Source: Clostridiales bacterium DTU089 (GTDB lineage: Bacteria; Bacillota; Clostridia; Oscillospirales; Acutalibacteraceae). Taken from it: a stretch of 64,000 bases of DNA. Each line of letters begins with the position of its first letter. Position 1 is the first letter of the stretch. The notes under the pieces were generated by a model. It ran no database searches and was not told the origin of the DNA. It saw only the letters and a list, made by a program, of their open reading frames with translations. Both the position numbers and the translations under genes were made by a program. The DNA is taken from the NCBI GenBank assembly GCA_001513045.1, contig LFSB01000010.1, positions 33,900-97,899 of the forward strand, written 5' to 3'. This document shows positions 37,167 to 47,530 of this stretch, piece after piece.

Positions 37167-38342
37167 ATGAAGGAAATAATTCTTATTAAGGACGGAGAGC
37201 TTGCGCTCAAGGGACTTAACCGCTCAACCTTCGAGGATGTTCTGATTAAAAACATCCGCCGCAGCATAAGCGGTCTGGGGGATTTTAAATATTATAAATC
37301 ACAGTCGACAATAACCGTTGAGCCTGTTCGGGACAATGTCCGTCTTGATGAGGCGGCGGACAGAATATCAAGGGTTTTCGGTATAGCCGCATTTTCACGC
37401 GCCGCTGCCGTTTCAAAGGATATTGATGAAATACTCGCAACCGCGCCCGAATATCTTGCGGACCAGCTTTCGGAGGCTTCAACCTTTAAGGTCGAGGCAA
37501 AGCGCTCGGATAAAACCTTTCCGCTCAATTCACCGCAGATATGCGAAAGGGTGGGAGAGGCAATACTCAACGCCTTCGGGCATCTGAGCGTTGACGTGCA
37601 TAAGCCCGACATTGCAGTGAGCGTCGAGATACGCGACAATTATGCCTACATAAGAGGCAATCAGCTTCGCGGCGCAGGCGGAATGCCCACCGGAACCTCG
37701 GGCAGAGCGGCGTTGCTTATATCCGGAGGAATCGACAGCCCGGTTGCCGGATATATGATGGCAAAGCGCGGCTTGGAGCTTGTCGGCATACATTTTGCGT
37801 CACCGCCGTACACCTCGCAGCGCTCTGAGGAAAAGGTTCATTCTTTACTTTCAAAGGTTGCCCGTTACAGCGGAAAAATTGCACTTCTGACAGTTCCGTT
37901 CACCGAGATTCAGGAAGCCATACGAGACAACTGCCCGGAGGAATATTTTACACTTGTGATGCGCCGCTTTATGATGCGTATTTCGGAAAAGATAGCACAA
38001 AAGCAGGGCTGTGCCGCATTGATAACCGGCGAGAGCGTCGCGCAGGTTGCAAGCCAGACTCTTCCCGCACTTGTGTGCACGGACGCGGCAGTCAACATGC
38101 CTGTTTTCCGTCCGGTGATAGGAATGGATAAAAACGAAATCATCATAATTTCAAGACAGATAGATACATTCGATATTTCCATACAGCCGTTTGAGGATTG
38201 CTGCACGGTGTTTACCCCCAAGCATCCGAGGACGCGCCCTAAGCTCGGGGATGTTGAGGCCGCGGAGGCGGTGCTCGACATTGAGGCACTCACGGACAGA
38301 GCGGTTGAGGGCGCTGTGTTAAAGCTTATAGAGGCGGAGTGA
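37167..38342 (+). CDS. thiI: tRNA 4-thiouridine(8) synthase ThiI
   Basis: N-terminal block GELALKGLNR, a THUMP region, and the PP-loop LISGGIDSPVA. Confidence 0.9.
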   Translation: MKEIILIKDGELALKGLNRSTFEDVLIKNIRRSISGLGDFKYYKSQSTITVEPVRDNVRLDEAADRISRVFGIAAFSRAAAVSKDIDEILATAPEYLADQLSEASTFKVEAKRSDKTFPLNSPQICERVGEAILNAFGHLSVDVHKPDIAVSVEIRDNYAYIRGNQLRGAGGMPTGTSGRAALLISGGIDSPVAGYMMAKRGLELVGIHFASPPYTSQRSEEKVHSLLSKVARYSGKIALLTVPFTEIQEAIRDNCPEEYFTLVMRRFMMRISEKIAQKQGCAALITGESVAQVASQTLPALVCTDAAVNMPVFRPVIGMDKNEIIIISRQIDTFDISIQPFEDCCTVFTPKHPRTRPKLGDVEAAEAVLDIEALTDRAVEGAVLKLIEAE

Positions 38343-38344
38343 TT

Positions 38345-38842
38345 ATGAGCACGGAGTATGAAATACTTGACGCAACGGCACAATATGCGGTGGAGCTGCT
38401 TCGCAGCAGGGGTAAGAAGCTTGCCCTCGCCGAATCCTGCACAGGCGGACTCATAGCCAAATGCATAACGGATGTTTCCGGTGCTTCCTCGGTGTTTGAA
38501 TGCGGAGTTGTGTCATATTCGGACGCCGTCAAGCATTCCCTGCTCGGAGTGAAGCTTGAAACACTTGAAAAATACGGAGCGGTGAGCACCGATACGGCGA
38601 TTGAAATGGCGCGCGGGGTGCGCGAGATATCGGGTGCCGACCTCGGGCTTTCCGTAACAGGCATAGCCGGACCTCTTTCCGACGGCTCCGGTAAGCCGGT
38701 AGGCTGTATATATATTGCAATTTCCGCCGAGGACGGTGACCGCTGTGAGGCTCTTTCAACGAATTTCACGGAGAATATCCGTGAAAACAACCGTCTCACC
38801 GCAGCCCGCAAGGCGCTTGATATGGTAATAAAATCACTTTGA
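38345..38842 (+). CDS. CinA C-terminal domain protein (nicotinamide-nucleotide amidohydrolase PncC-like)
   Basis: LALAESCTGGLIA...VFECGVVSYSDAVKHSLLGV signature. ATG at 38345 after a GGCGGAG SD. Confidence 0.85.
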   Translation: MSTEYEILDATAQYAVELLRSRGKKLALAESCTGGLIAKCITDVSGASSVFECGVVSYSDAVKHSLLGVKLETLEKYGAVSTDTAIEMARGVREISGADLGLSVTGIAGPLSDGSGKPVGCIYIAISAEDGDRCEALSTNFTENIRENNRLTAARKALDMVIKSL

Positions 38843-38858
38843 TTGTCGGAGGATGAAT

Positions 38859-39983
38859 ATGAGCGAGAACAACATGAATGAGCAGGAGCGCAGAATCGAA
38901 AGAGAAGAGCGTCCGATTCCCGAATGGGCAAGGGTTGACGAGAACGAGGGCAGACGACCCAAGAAGCAGAAGCCCGGAAAAAAGGAAGGCTCGTCTAACG
39001 GCGGGAGCGGCTCCGGGAAAAAGCCGATAGGGGCGCAGACGGTGCTGCGCGCGCTCGGCGTGGTTGTAATAATAGCGTGCTGCGCCTTCATAACAATAAA
39101 GGTTTCAAAGGGCGATGCCGGCAAGCCCTCCGGAGGCACGGACACACCCGATATTCCTCCCGTACAGGTGCAGCGCGCCAAAAATCCGGTGCTCGGAAAT
39201 TCGTTGACAGCGCTTGCGGCAAAGACGGGCTCGAACACGAATTATCCGGCGGGAATACAGGAGCGCTTCAAGTATCTTTATTCCATAAATCCCGACCTTA
39301 TCGGCTGGATAAAGATAGCAAACTCCTCGATAGATATGCCGATTTACCAGACAAGCAACAACTCCTATTATCTCGATAAGGATATATACCGCAAATATTA
39401 CCTCTACGGCGTATGCTTTATGGACAGACGCAACAGCGCGGTGAACTTCTCAAGAAACACCATTCTCTATGCACATAACGGCCACGATGAGTATCTTTTT
39501 GCGGAGCTTCTTCATTACAGAGAGATTGACTACTATAAGGCGCATCCGGTAATAGAGATGAGCACGCTTTACAAGGATTATAAATACAAGGTCATTGCCT
39601 GCTTTGTTACAAGCTGGAAGCCGGAGGATGACAACGGCTACCGCTTCAACTACATCTATCCGGATATGAGCAACGCAAACTTTACAAGCTATATAAATCA
39701 GCTGCGCGACCATTCCATAATCGACACGAATGTTGATGTCAACGAGAACGACAAAATTCTTACGCTTTCCACTTGCACAAGAGAAATGGATACCCCCTCA
39801 TACCACGTCAGCGATGCAAGATTCGTTGTGGTTGCAAGGCTTGTCAGAGACGGAGAGAGCGCCGATGTCGATGTCGGAGGAGCCCAGCTTAACACGAGCG
39901 TGCGCTATCCTCAGCTCTGGTTTGACGTTAACGGTAAAACAAATCCCTTCAAGGGTGCGTCGAGATGGTATCCGGAGGCGTAA
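38859..39983 (+). CDS. Class B sortase with long N-terminal cytoplasmic/TM extension
   Basis: GWIKIANSSIDMPIYQ, catalytic His (ILYAHNGHD), TLSTC Cys motif and a downstream RFVVVARL Arg. About 60 basic residues and one TM precede the domain. Confidence 0.8.
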   Translation: MSENNMNEQERRIEREERPIPEWARVDENEGRRPKKQKPGKKEGSSNGGSGSGKKPIGAQTVLRALGVVVIIACCAFITIKVSKGDAGKPSGGTDTPDIPPVQVQRAKNPVLGNSLTALAAKTGSNTNYPAGIQERFKYLYSINPDLIGWIKIANSSIDMPIYQTSNNSYYLDKDIYRKYYLYGVCFMDRRNSAVNFSRNTILYAHNGHDEYLFAELLHYREIDYYKAHPVIEMSTLYKDYKYKVIACFVTSWKPEDDNGYRFNYIYPDMSNANFTSYINQLRDHSIIDTNVDVNENDKILTLSTCTREMDTPSYHVSDARFVVVARLVRDGESADVDVGGAQLNTSVRYPQLWFDVNGKTNPFKGASRWYPEA

Positions 39984-40004
39984 CGCACTTCAAGGAGAAA
40001 CCTT

Positions 40005-41219
40005 ATGCAGGATAACAAGTACAACGGCACGGATATGGGCTTCCTCGACGGCTTGGGAGACATTGATGAGCTGAAAAAGAAATATTGCGTAGACGGAGCG
40101 CAGGATGAGCTCTCCGGTTCGGCTCGGCCGGATTCGGAGGAGTTGCGTGATGATACCGTGCGTGTTCACGGTTCTTCGCCGCGTTCCGGGCACACATCTG
40201 CGCAGGAGCCTGTCAAACGCAAAAAAAAGAAGGCTCCCCTCGGAAGACGTATACGGGAGCTGTTCCCGGAAAAAGGAGACAAAGCCGGAGAAGTCATACG
40301 GAAAATTGTTTTTCTTGTTGCAGTTGTTACACTTATTGTTTCCGGTTTGAAGCTGATTTCGGATTCGCTTGAGAAAATAGAGCAGGAAAAGATAAACAGG
40401 CGGCTGAGTACTCTCGTTATAGATGACGGCACACAGAATACGGATTCGGCTGTGTGGGAGCAGCTCAGGGCAAAATATCCGGAGCTTGCGGGTGTGGAGT
40501 TCCCGGAGGGCTTAAATCCCGCCTATGCTCTGCTTTATGCACAAAACAAGGATTTTGCAGGTTACATCAAGGTTCCCGGAACCACGATAGATTATCCGGT
40601 CGTTCAGGGTGAAGACAATTCACATTATCTTGATTACAATTTTTACGGACAGAAGACGATATACGGCGCAATTTTCGTCGATTACCGCAACGACCTGAAA
40701 AATCTTGACCGCAACACGATAATATACGGTCACAATGTTCACGACAACAGGACGATGTTCACTCAGGCGCAGAAATACCTCAAGCTCGACGGCTACAAGG
40801 AGTCGCCGGTAATCGAATACAATACGCCTTACGGCAACTACAAGTGGAAAATAGTGTCTGTATTTGTTGTGAACACCGACAAGCAGGACGATAACGACTA
40901 TGCTCTGAGATACATTTTCAATGACACGAGCGATGAAAACTTTGTAAAATACATCGATGAGCTGAACAAGCGTACACTCTATTTTACCGGAACGGATATA
41001 CTTCCGACGGATAAGCTGCTTACGCTTTCAACCTGCACACCGGAAATAAAGAAGAACGGGCGGCTTGTAATCGTTGCGCGCATGGTGCGCGAGGGCGAAA
41101 GTGAAAGTGTCGATGTTTCACTGGCAAAGGAAAACCCGAGCATAAAATATCCTCAGGTATGGTACGACAGAAAGGGTATTGAAAATCCGTATATAAATGA
41201 TGAAAAATGGTATCCGTAA
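40005..41219 (+). CDS. Class B sortase paralogue with ~100-aa N-terminal extension
   Basis: GYIKVPGTTIDYPVVQG, IIYGHNVHD, TLSTCTP and RLVIVARM motifs. AAGGAG SD. Confidence 0.8.
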   Translation: MQDNKYNGTDMGFLDGLGDIDELKKKYCVDGAQDELSGSARPDSEELRDDTVRVHGSSPRSGHTSAQEPVKRKKKKAPLGRRIRELFPEKGDKAGEVIRKIVFLVAVVTLIVSGLKLISDSLEKIEQEKINRRLSTLVIDDGTQNTDSAVWEQLRAKYPELAGVEFPEGLNPAYALLYAQNKDFAGYIKVPGTTIDYPVVQGEDNSHYLDYNFYGQKTIYGAIFVDYRNDLKNLDRNTIIYGHNVHDNRTMFTQAQKYLKLDGYKESPVIEYNTPYGNYKWKIVSVFVVNTDKQDDNDYALRYIFNDTSDENFVKYIDELNKRTLYFTGTDILPTDKLLTLSTCTPEIKKNGRLVIVARMVREGESESVDVSLAKENPSIKYPQVWYDRKGIENPYINDEKWYP

Positions 41220-41249
41220 GAAACGGATGCAAAGGATGATGGGAGTATT

Positions 41250-42650
41250 ATGAAAACAAGGTGCTTTTCGTTTAATACCGATAACGCTGAGCCTTTTAAA
41301 AGAGTGCAGGAGAAAATTCTGCGGGCTCTCGGACAGTTTTCGGCGGAACAGTTTGAAAATTATGACAGACTCAGCTCGCTTATGGGCGCGTTGGGCGAGG
41401 CTCTTGAAAGCAGTGATGTAATAATTATTGCGGCTGAGCCGAGACTTTATAATAAGCTGAAGCAAAGTCTGATAAAAGCTCTTTCCCTGCCGTGCTCGCA
41501 TAATTCCGAAATTATGCGTACCGCGTCGGCAACCCTCGGTTCGGATGACAGGGAAGACACGGTGCTCAGGGCACAGGCGCTCATGCCGGAGGACGCAAGA
41601 GTGTTCATGTCGCGTGACGGTCTGCATTGCGGCTTCGCACTTGAGGCGGATTCTCAGCATATACTGATGTTACCGCTTGATGCCGGAAGGCTGGATTTCA
41701 TACTTAATAACGGCGCCGTTCCTTATCTTCAGGGCGCTTTGAATGTAAACGAATTCACAAGCGAGGAGACGATTACTCTCAACCGTGAGCAGGAAATACT
41801 TCGTTTTCTTGCGGACAATTCTTTCGGCGTGGCTGTTTCATCAACTCCGGCGTCGGATTATATAAAAGAGCTTGCGAAGGGAATTGCCGAATTCACAAGG
41901 GTGTTTTCCTTTACGCCTAATCTTGAGGACAGGGGAGACACGCTTCCCAAGGATTATGCCGCGTCAATAGCCAGGGTGGCGAAGGAGCTTTCAGGTTCCG
42001 ATTTCGGTGCGGCACTTACAAATATCTATGAGGAAACCTCCGAAGACGGAGGTCAGGATATATATGTGCTTGCGGCGATAGCGGATGACGAAAAGGCATC
42101 TGTACGCAAGATATTTGCCCGTGAGGGAGAAAGTATTCCCGAGCTTCTGAAAGCGGCTGCCGATGAATTGTTCGGTATGATATATTCCGCGGCCAAGGCT
42201 GCTGTGGGTGCGGAGCTGCCGCAGGAGGAGCCGGTATATGAGCCGGGCGACAGACCTCAGGCAAAAATGGGAAAGAGCGGAGCAATTGTAGTGCTGATAA
42301 TACTCATTGCGGCGCTTACACTGTGCATAGCAATGGGAATAAAATTTAAAAATGCCGCAGAAGCGGATGACCCCACAACCACTGAGCCGCCGACATCGCT
42401 TGTAACAACAACCGAGGCTCTCACCTTTAATTTTGAAAACCTGCTGCCGCTTCCGGAGCTTCCGGGCGGAAGCTCTACAGCATCGGAAACGGCTCCGAGC
42501 GATACCTCGACTGCGGCTCCAACACGCGCACCTACCCGTACACCTACGCGCGCGCCTACACAGCCGCCGACTCAAGCGCCAACAGAAGCGCCCACAGAGG
42601 CGCCGACAGAAGCACCCACAGAAGCACCGACCCAGACACCGGCGGAATAA
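41250..42650 (+). CDS. Hypothetical single-pass membrane protein with Pro/Thr-rich extracellular tail
   Basis: 466 aa: a ~340-aa N-terminal domain, a TM segment (GAIVVLIILIAALTLCIAMGI), and a C-terminal APTRAPTR...APTEAPTEAPTEAPTEAPTQTPAE. Confidence 0.55.
   Translation: MKTRCFSFNTDNAEPFKRVQEKILRALGQFSAEQFENYDRLSSLMGALGEALESSDVIIIAAEPRLYNKLKQSLIKALSLPCSHNSEIMRTASATLGSDDREDTVLRAQALMPEDARVFMSRDGLHCGFALEADSQHILMLPLDAGRLDFILNNGAVPYLQGALNVNEFTSEETITLNREQEILRFLADNSFGVAVSSTPASDYIKELAKGIAEFTRVFSFTPNLEDRGDTLPKDYAASIARVAKELSGSDFGAALTNIYEETSEDGGQDIYVLAAIADDEKASVRKIFAREGESIPELLKAAADELFGMIYSAAKAAVGAELPQEEPVYEPGDRPQAKMGKSGAIVVLIILIAALTLCIAMGIKFKNAAEADDPTTTEPPTSLVTTTEALTFNFENLLPLPELPGGSSTASETAPSDTSTAAPTRAPTRTPTRAPTQPPTQAPTEAPTEAPTEAPTEAPTQTPAE
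42515..42641 (+). repeat. Imperfect 12-nt tandem repeats encoding (A/T)PT(E/R/Q) units
   Basis: Repeated GAAGCNCCNACA-type units inside the 41250-42650 CDS. Confidence 0.8.
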
Positions 42651-42680
42651 AGTATCAATCATTTCAAGGAGTGATATATT

Positions 42681-43706
42681 ATGGCAATACTCGTCACCGG
42701 AGGAGCCGGATTTATAGGCTCTCACACCTGCGTTGAGCTTCTCAACGACGGCAAGGAGGTTATCGTGGTTGATAATCTCTCCAACAGCTCGGAGGAATCA
42801 GTTGAGCGCATAAAAGAAATCACAGGTAAGGATTTTCAGTTTATCAAGGGTGATATACGTGACAGAATGACACTTGAAAAAGTGTTTTTCCAGAACAAAA
42901 TAGACTGTGTTATACATTTTGCCGGAAGCAAGGCCGTCGGAGAGTCCTGCCGTATTCCTATAAAGTATTACGACAACAACGTCTGCGGAACCATTACCCT
43001 GTGCGAGATTATGGCAAAATACGGCTGCAAAAGGATAGTCTTCAGTTCCTCGGCAACTGTATACGGCAGCACAAATGCATCTCCGCTGCGCGAGGATATG
43101 CCGTTGGGCGAAACCACCAATCCCTATGGCGAGACTAAAAAGATGATAGAGCGTATTCTCAGCGACCTTTATAAATCCGATAACAAGTGGAGCGTGTGCC
43201 TGCTCAGGTATTTCAATCCCATCGGTGCGCATAAGAGCGGAAAAATAGGCGAAAATCCCAACGGCGTACCGAATAATCTTATGCCCTACATAACACAGGT
43301 GGCGGTCGGGAAATATCCGTTCCTCAATGTTTACGGGAACGATTATCCCACTCACGACGGAACCGGCATAAGGGACTATATTCATGTTGTGGATCTTGCG
43401 GTCGGCCATGTGAAGGCGGTTGAAAAGGTTGAGGAGAGCACCGGACTTAATATTTACAATCTCGGCACCGGAAAAGGCTACAGCGTGCTCGATATAGTCA
43501 AGGCCTTTGAAAAGGTTACGGGAAAAAAGATAGAATGCAAGATTATGCCCCGCCGCCCCGGTGATTTAGCGGTTTGCTACTCTGACCCCCATAAGGCGGA
43601 AACCGAGCTTGGCTGGAGAGCGGTAAGAGGACTTGAGGAGATGTGTGAGGATTCCTTCCGCTGGCAGAGCATGAACCCCAACGGCTTTATAAGAATGCAA
43701 GACTGA
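42681..43706 (+). CDS. galE: UDP-glucose 4-epimerase
   Basis: [15 protein letters not shown], YGxxK (YGETKKM), and NYFNP-like RYFNPIGAH. Confidence 0.93.
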   Translation: MAILVTGGAGFIGSHTCVELLNDGKEVIVVDNLSNSSEESVERIKEITGKDFQFIKGDIRDRMTLEKVFFQNKIDCVIHFAGSKAVGESCRIPIKYYDNNVCGTITLCEIMAKYGCKRIVFSSSATVYGSTNASPLREDMPLGETTNPYGETKKMIERILSDLYKSDNKWSVCLLRYFNPIGAHKSGKIGENPNGVPNNLMPYITQVAVGKYPFLNVYGNDYPTHDGTGIRDYIHVVDLAVGHVKAVEKVEESTGLNIYNLGTGKGYSVLDIVKAFEKVTGKKIECKIMPRRPGDLAVCYSDPHKAETELGWRAVRGLEEMCEDSFRWQSMNPNGFIRMQD

Positions 43707-43724
43707 TTCTTCGGGGGCTTTTTA

Positions 43725-45584
43725 ATGTCATTTATTCCCTATAATTCCAGAGATGCCCGGCATAAATCCAAATTCGGAGCGGTCGTCGCAGGAAAGACCT
43801 TTACGTTAAGAGTGCTCATGCCCCGTTCGCTTTGCTGTACCGGTACTCTGTTTGTTATTCATTCAACCGACGGAAACGACGAATGTCTGCCCATGAACTG
43901 GGAGGGCATGTGCGGAAGCGATGCGGAGTGGTGGCGTCTTGACTATACACCGCAGCAGACGGGCTTGAACTTTTATCATTTTGAATATGACGCCTCATAC
44001 GGCAGAGGAAAGATTTTTCTTGAAAGCTCCGGAATGGGGGCTTTTCTGCCTGTCGGGGATGAGTGGCAGCTCACCGTGTATTCTTCACAATTCAAGGCTC
44101 CGAAATCGGTAAAGGGCGGAGTTATATATCAGATTTTTCCGGACCGCTTCTGTAACTCCGGGGACATAAAGCACGGCGTTCCCGCTGACAGAGAGCTTCG
44201 CAGCGACTGGGGAGGCATCCCCCGGTGGCGTCCGGACGAGAACGGGGAAATACTCAACAACGATTATTTCGGCGGGGATTTGAAGGGCATAGAGTCAAAG
44301 CTTGACTATATCGCCTCTCTCGGCGTGACGCTTATATACTTGAATCCTATATTTGAGGCACACTCAAACCACCGTTATAACACCGCGGATTATATGAAAA
44401 TCGACCCTCTGCTCGGAACGCGTGAGGATTTTGAGCATCTGTGTTCGGAGGCTTCAAAGAGGGGAATCGGAATAATTCTTGACGGGGTGTTCAGCCATAC
44501 CGGCTCGGACAGCATCTACTTTAATAAAAACGGACGCTATGAAACCACAGGCGCATACAATTCAAAAAATTCAAGATATTATCCGTGGTATAATTTCAGA
44601 CACTGGAACGATGATTATGCCTGCTGGTGGAATATACTTACGCTTCCCGAGGTGGATGAGAACAACGCGTCATATACGGAGTTTATAACCGGCGAGGACG
44701 GAGTTATCCGCACATGGCTTTCGGCAGGTGCGGCGGGCTTTCGTCTGGATGTGGCGGATGAGCTTCCGGACGATTTTCTCGATGAGGTTTACCGGAGCGT
44801 AAAGGGCTTCGATTCCGAAAAGTATCTCATCGGAGAGGTCTGGGAGGACGCGTCCAACAAGATAAGCCACGGCGGAAGACGCAGATATCTGCTCGGAGGC
44901 CAGCTTGATTCTGTTATGAATTATCCGTTCGCCTCGGCAATAACCGATTTTGTCCGCGACGGGCTGGCGGAGGAGTTCACGGAGAGCATTGTGAGTATTG
45001 CGGAAAACTATCCTCCCGAAGCGCTCAACACTGCGATGAATCATATAGGAACCCATGATACCGTACGTGCGATAAGCGGCTTTGTCTGCGAGGAGCTTGA
45101 AAACAGCTCAAGAGAGCGTCAGGCCGAATTTAAGCTTGATTCGGAACAGTATGCCCGCGGCAGACAGCTTTTAAAATTCGCATCGGCAATTCAGTATACT
45201 CTTCCCGGCATACCGTCGGTTTATTACGGCGATGAGGCCGGAATGCAGGGTGGAAAAGACCCGTTTAACCGCGGCTGCTTCCCGTGGGGGGAAGAGGATA
45301 CAAGCCTTACCGACTGGTACAGATTGCTCGGTAAAATCAGAAAGGAACATCCCTGCCTTGCCGACGGAGAGCTTTCTCCGGTGTCCGCAATGCTCGGCTG
45401 CGTGGCTTACGCAAGAATAGGAAAAACCGAAAAGCTGCTCTTGATTGCAAATCATAACGACCATTCAATAACCTACAACCTTCCGCCCCAATGGCACAAT
45501 TCCGCAGAGCTTACACGCGATGAGGATGTCGGAATGTCCGTGGAGGTGGACGCGACGGGTGTGGTAATATTAGTTAAAATATAA
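43725..45584 (+). CDS. GH13 alpha-amylase-family enzyme (neopullulanase/cyclomaltodextrinase-like)
   Basis: Four conserved GH13 regions: DGVFSHTG, GFRLDVADE, GEVWED, NHIGTHD. Confidence 0.85.
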   Translation: MSFIPYNSRDARHKSKFGAVVAGKTFTLRVLMPRSLCCTGTLFVIHSTDGNDECLPMNWEGMCGSDAEWWRLDYTPQQTGLNFYHFEYDASYGRGKIFLESSGMGAFLPVGDEWQLTVYSSQFKAPKSVKGGVIYQIFPDRFCNSGDIKHGVPADRELRSDWGGIPRWRPDENGEILNNDYFGGDLKGIESKLDYIASLGVTLIYLNPIFEAHSNHRYNTADYMKIDPLLGTREDFEHLCSEASKRGIGIILDGVFSHTGSDSIYFNKNGRYETTGAYNSKNSRYYPWYNFRHWNDDYACWWNILTLPEVDENNASYTEFITGEDGVIRTWLSAGAAGFRLDVADELPDDFLDEVYRSVKGFDSEKYLIGEVWEDASNKISHGGRRRYLLGGQLDSVMNYPFASAITDFVRDGLAEEFTESIVSIAENYPPEALNTAMNHIGTHDTVRAISGFVCEELENSSRERQAEFKLDSEQYARGRQLLKFASAIQYTLPGIPSVYYGDEAGMQGGKDPFNRGCFPWGEEDTSLTDWYRLLGKIRKEHPCLADGELSPVSAMLGCVAYARIGKTEKLLLIANHNDHSITYNLPPQWHNSAELTRDEDVGMSVEVDATGVVILVKI

Positions 45585-45597
45585 CGGAGGAAAGACA

Positions 45598-46443
45598 ATG
45601 GAAAATCTCGGCTACTACAATGGAAAATTCGGACCGTGCGAGGAAATGACAATTCCCATGAATGACCGCGTATGCTACTTCGGCGACGGAGTGTATGACG
45701 CTACATATTCAAGGAATTACAAAATTTTTGCGCTTGACGAGCATGTGGACCGCATCTTTAACAGCGCGCGGCTGCTTGAGATACCCGTGCCCATGAGCAA
45801 GCAGGAGATGAAGGACCTGCTTTACGAAATGGTCAACAAGATGGACACAGGCGAGAATTTCGTTTACTGGCAGCTCACACGCGGAACGGGCATGAGAAAT
45901 CATATCTTTCCGCAGGACGGCAGCAAGGCAAATGTATGGATTACAATAAAGCACCTCGATATCAAGGATACCTATGCAAAAATCAAGCTTATAACAATGG
46001 AGGATACCCGCTTCCTGCATTGCAACATAAAAACACTCAACCTTCTTCCGAGCGTAATCGCTTCACAGCGTGCACTTGAGGCGAAGTGTGACGAGACAGT
46101 TTTCCATCGCGGAGACAGAGTTACCGAGTGCGCACACAGCAATGTGCATATAATCAAGAACGGTGTGTTCAGAACCGCTCCCACGGACAACCTTATCCTT
46201 CCCGGTATAGCGAGGGCTCATCTTATAAAGGCATGCAAGGCTCTGGGAATACCTGTCGATGAAACTCCCTTTACTCTTGCGGAGCTTTTTGACGCGGACG
46301 AGGTTATTGTTTCCTCCTCCGGCTCGCTGTGCCTCTCGGCTGTTGAAATAGACGGTAAGGCGGTTGCCGGCAAGGCTCCCGAGCTTCTCAAGAAAATACA
46401 GGACTATGTATATAACGAGTTTATGGAACAGACCAACGCCTGA
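45598..46443 (+). CDS. dat: D-amino-acid (D-alanine) aminotransferase, class IV
   Basis: 281 aa. RVCYFGDGVYD, CNIKTLNLLPSV (PLP Lys) and ECAHSNV blocks. Confidence 0.82.
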   Translation: MENLGYYNGKFGPCEEMTIPMNDRVCYFGDGVYDATYSRNYKIFALDEHVDRIFNSARLLEIPVPMSKQEMKDLLYEMVNKMDTGENFVYWQLTRGTGMRNHIFPQDGSKANVWITIKHLDIKDTYAKIKLITMEDTRFLHCNIKTLNLLPSVIASQRALEAKCDETVFHRGDRVTECAHSNVHIIKNGVFRTAPTDNLILPGIARAHLIKACKALGIPVDETPFTLAELFDADEVIVSSSGSLCLSAVEIDGKAVAGKAPELLKKIQDYVYNEFMEQTNA

Positions 46444-46457
46444 AAGGAGATACAATT

Positions 46458-47522
46458 ATGACTCAGCAGGAGCTTACCGAGCTTAATCTCGGTCAAAGTC
46501 TTGACGACCTGACAAACCTTGACCCGCGCGGCTACGGAGTGTGCAAAATACTTTACAAGGCCTCGCGCGAGTACACAGGAGCACCGCTTACCATGAATGC
46601 CGCAAAAAAGCTTGCCGCCACGGTTAAAGAGGGCGATTTTGTATTCATAATGACGGGCTTCGTGCTCCGTCCGCTCAAGCATGCGGAAACCGACGGAATA
46701 ATCAGCTCAATGCTTCTTGCAAGGGCGCTCGTAAAAGCTTTTAATGCAAAGCCCGTAATCATCTGCCCCGAGGAAAATCTCAAGGCGGTTGAGGCTCTTG
46801 CGGCGTGTGTCGGACTTCATCTTTTCAAGGATATGGAAACGCTCAGGCAGATGCCGGTTTCCATGGGCGTGATAGTTTTCACCAAGGACAAAATCAAAGC
46901 GGCTGTGCAGGCGGATGAAATAATCAAAGCCGCAGTGCCCTCCGCAGTGGTCACAATCGAGTGTCCCGGCGAAAACTCAATAGGCACCTATCATAACGCA
47001 ATCGGTCTTGACGTTACAGAGCTTGAGGCGAAGCAGGACATACTTTTCGACAAGCTTCAGGAGATGGGCATTATGAACATCTCGATAGGCGACCTCGGCA
47101 ATGAGCTGGGTATGGGTACGATTGCCGACCATCTCAACAAATACATCCCCTACGCCGCGCACGGCGCATGCAGCTGCGGCTGCAACGGCGGACTTGCCGT
47201 TCGCACCAAGGCGGATAACATCATCACCGCAACGGTTTCCGACTGGGGCTGCTACGGCATGATGGCGGCGCTCGCTTTCCTCAAAGAGGATATAGACATC
47301 TGCCCGGATGCACAGCTTGAGCAACGCGCTCTTATCACCGCATGTGAAAACGGCATGATAGATATGTACGGCTGGCTCATTCCCGCGATAGACGGCTTCA
47401 ACAGCACAATAAATACCTCTATCGTTACGCTCATGCGTGAATGTGTAAAATCAGCTCTTTCGCTCAAAACGACCTGCAAGACGTGGTTCAGCAAGGTTAA
47501 CGAGCTCGGCTTCTTCGGTTAA
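46458..47522 (+). CDS. DUF4392 (D-glutamate cyclase-like) domain protein
   Basis: 354 aa. Family assignment is from remembered DUF4392 features (N-terminal DPRG motif, TGF...ETDG block). Moderately sure. Confidence 0.6.
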   Translation: MTQQELTELNLGQSLDDLTNLDPRGYGVCKILYKASREYTGAPLTMNAAKKLAATVKEGDFVFIMTGFVLRPLKHAETDGIISSMLLARALVKAFNAKPVIICPEENLKAVEALAACVGLHLFKDMETLRQMPVSMGVIVFTKDKIKAAVQADEIIKAAVPSAVVTIECPGENSIGTYHNAIGLDVTELEAKQDILFDKLQEMGIMNISIGDLGNELGMGTIADHLNKYIPYAAHGACSCGCNGGLAVRTKADNIITATVSDWGCYGMMAALAFLKEDIDICPDAQLEQRALITACENGMIDMYGWLIPAIDGFNSTINTSIVTLMRECVKSALSLKTTCKTWFSKVNELGFFG

Positions 47523-47530
47523 GTGCGTAA

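Noticed and set aside
42515-42641. 12-nt tandem DNA repeats considered as an independent repeat element or contingency locus
   Set aside because: They are in frame and encode the (A/T)PT(E/R/Q) linker of the 466-aa membrane protein. This is an ordinary low-complexity coding repeat.
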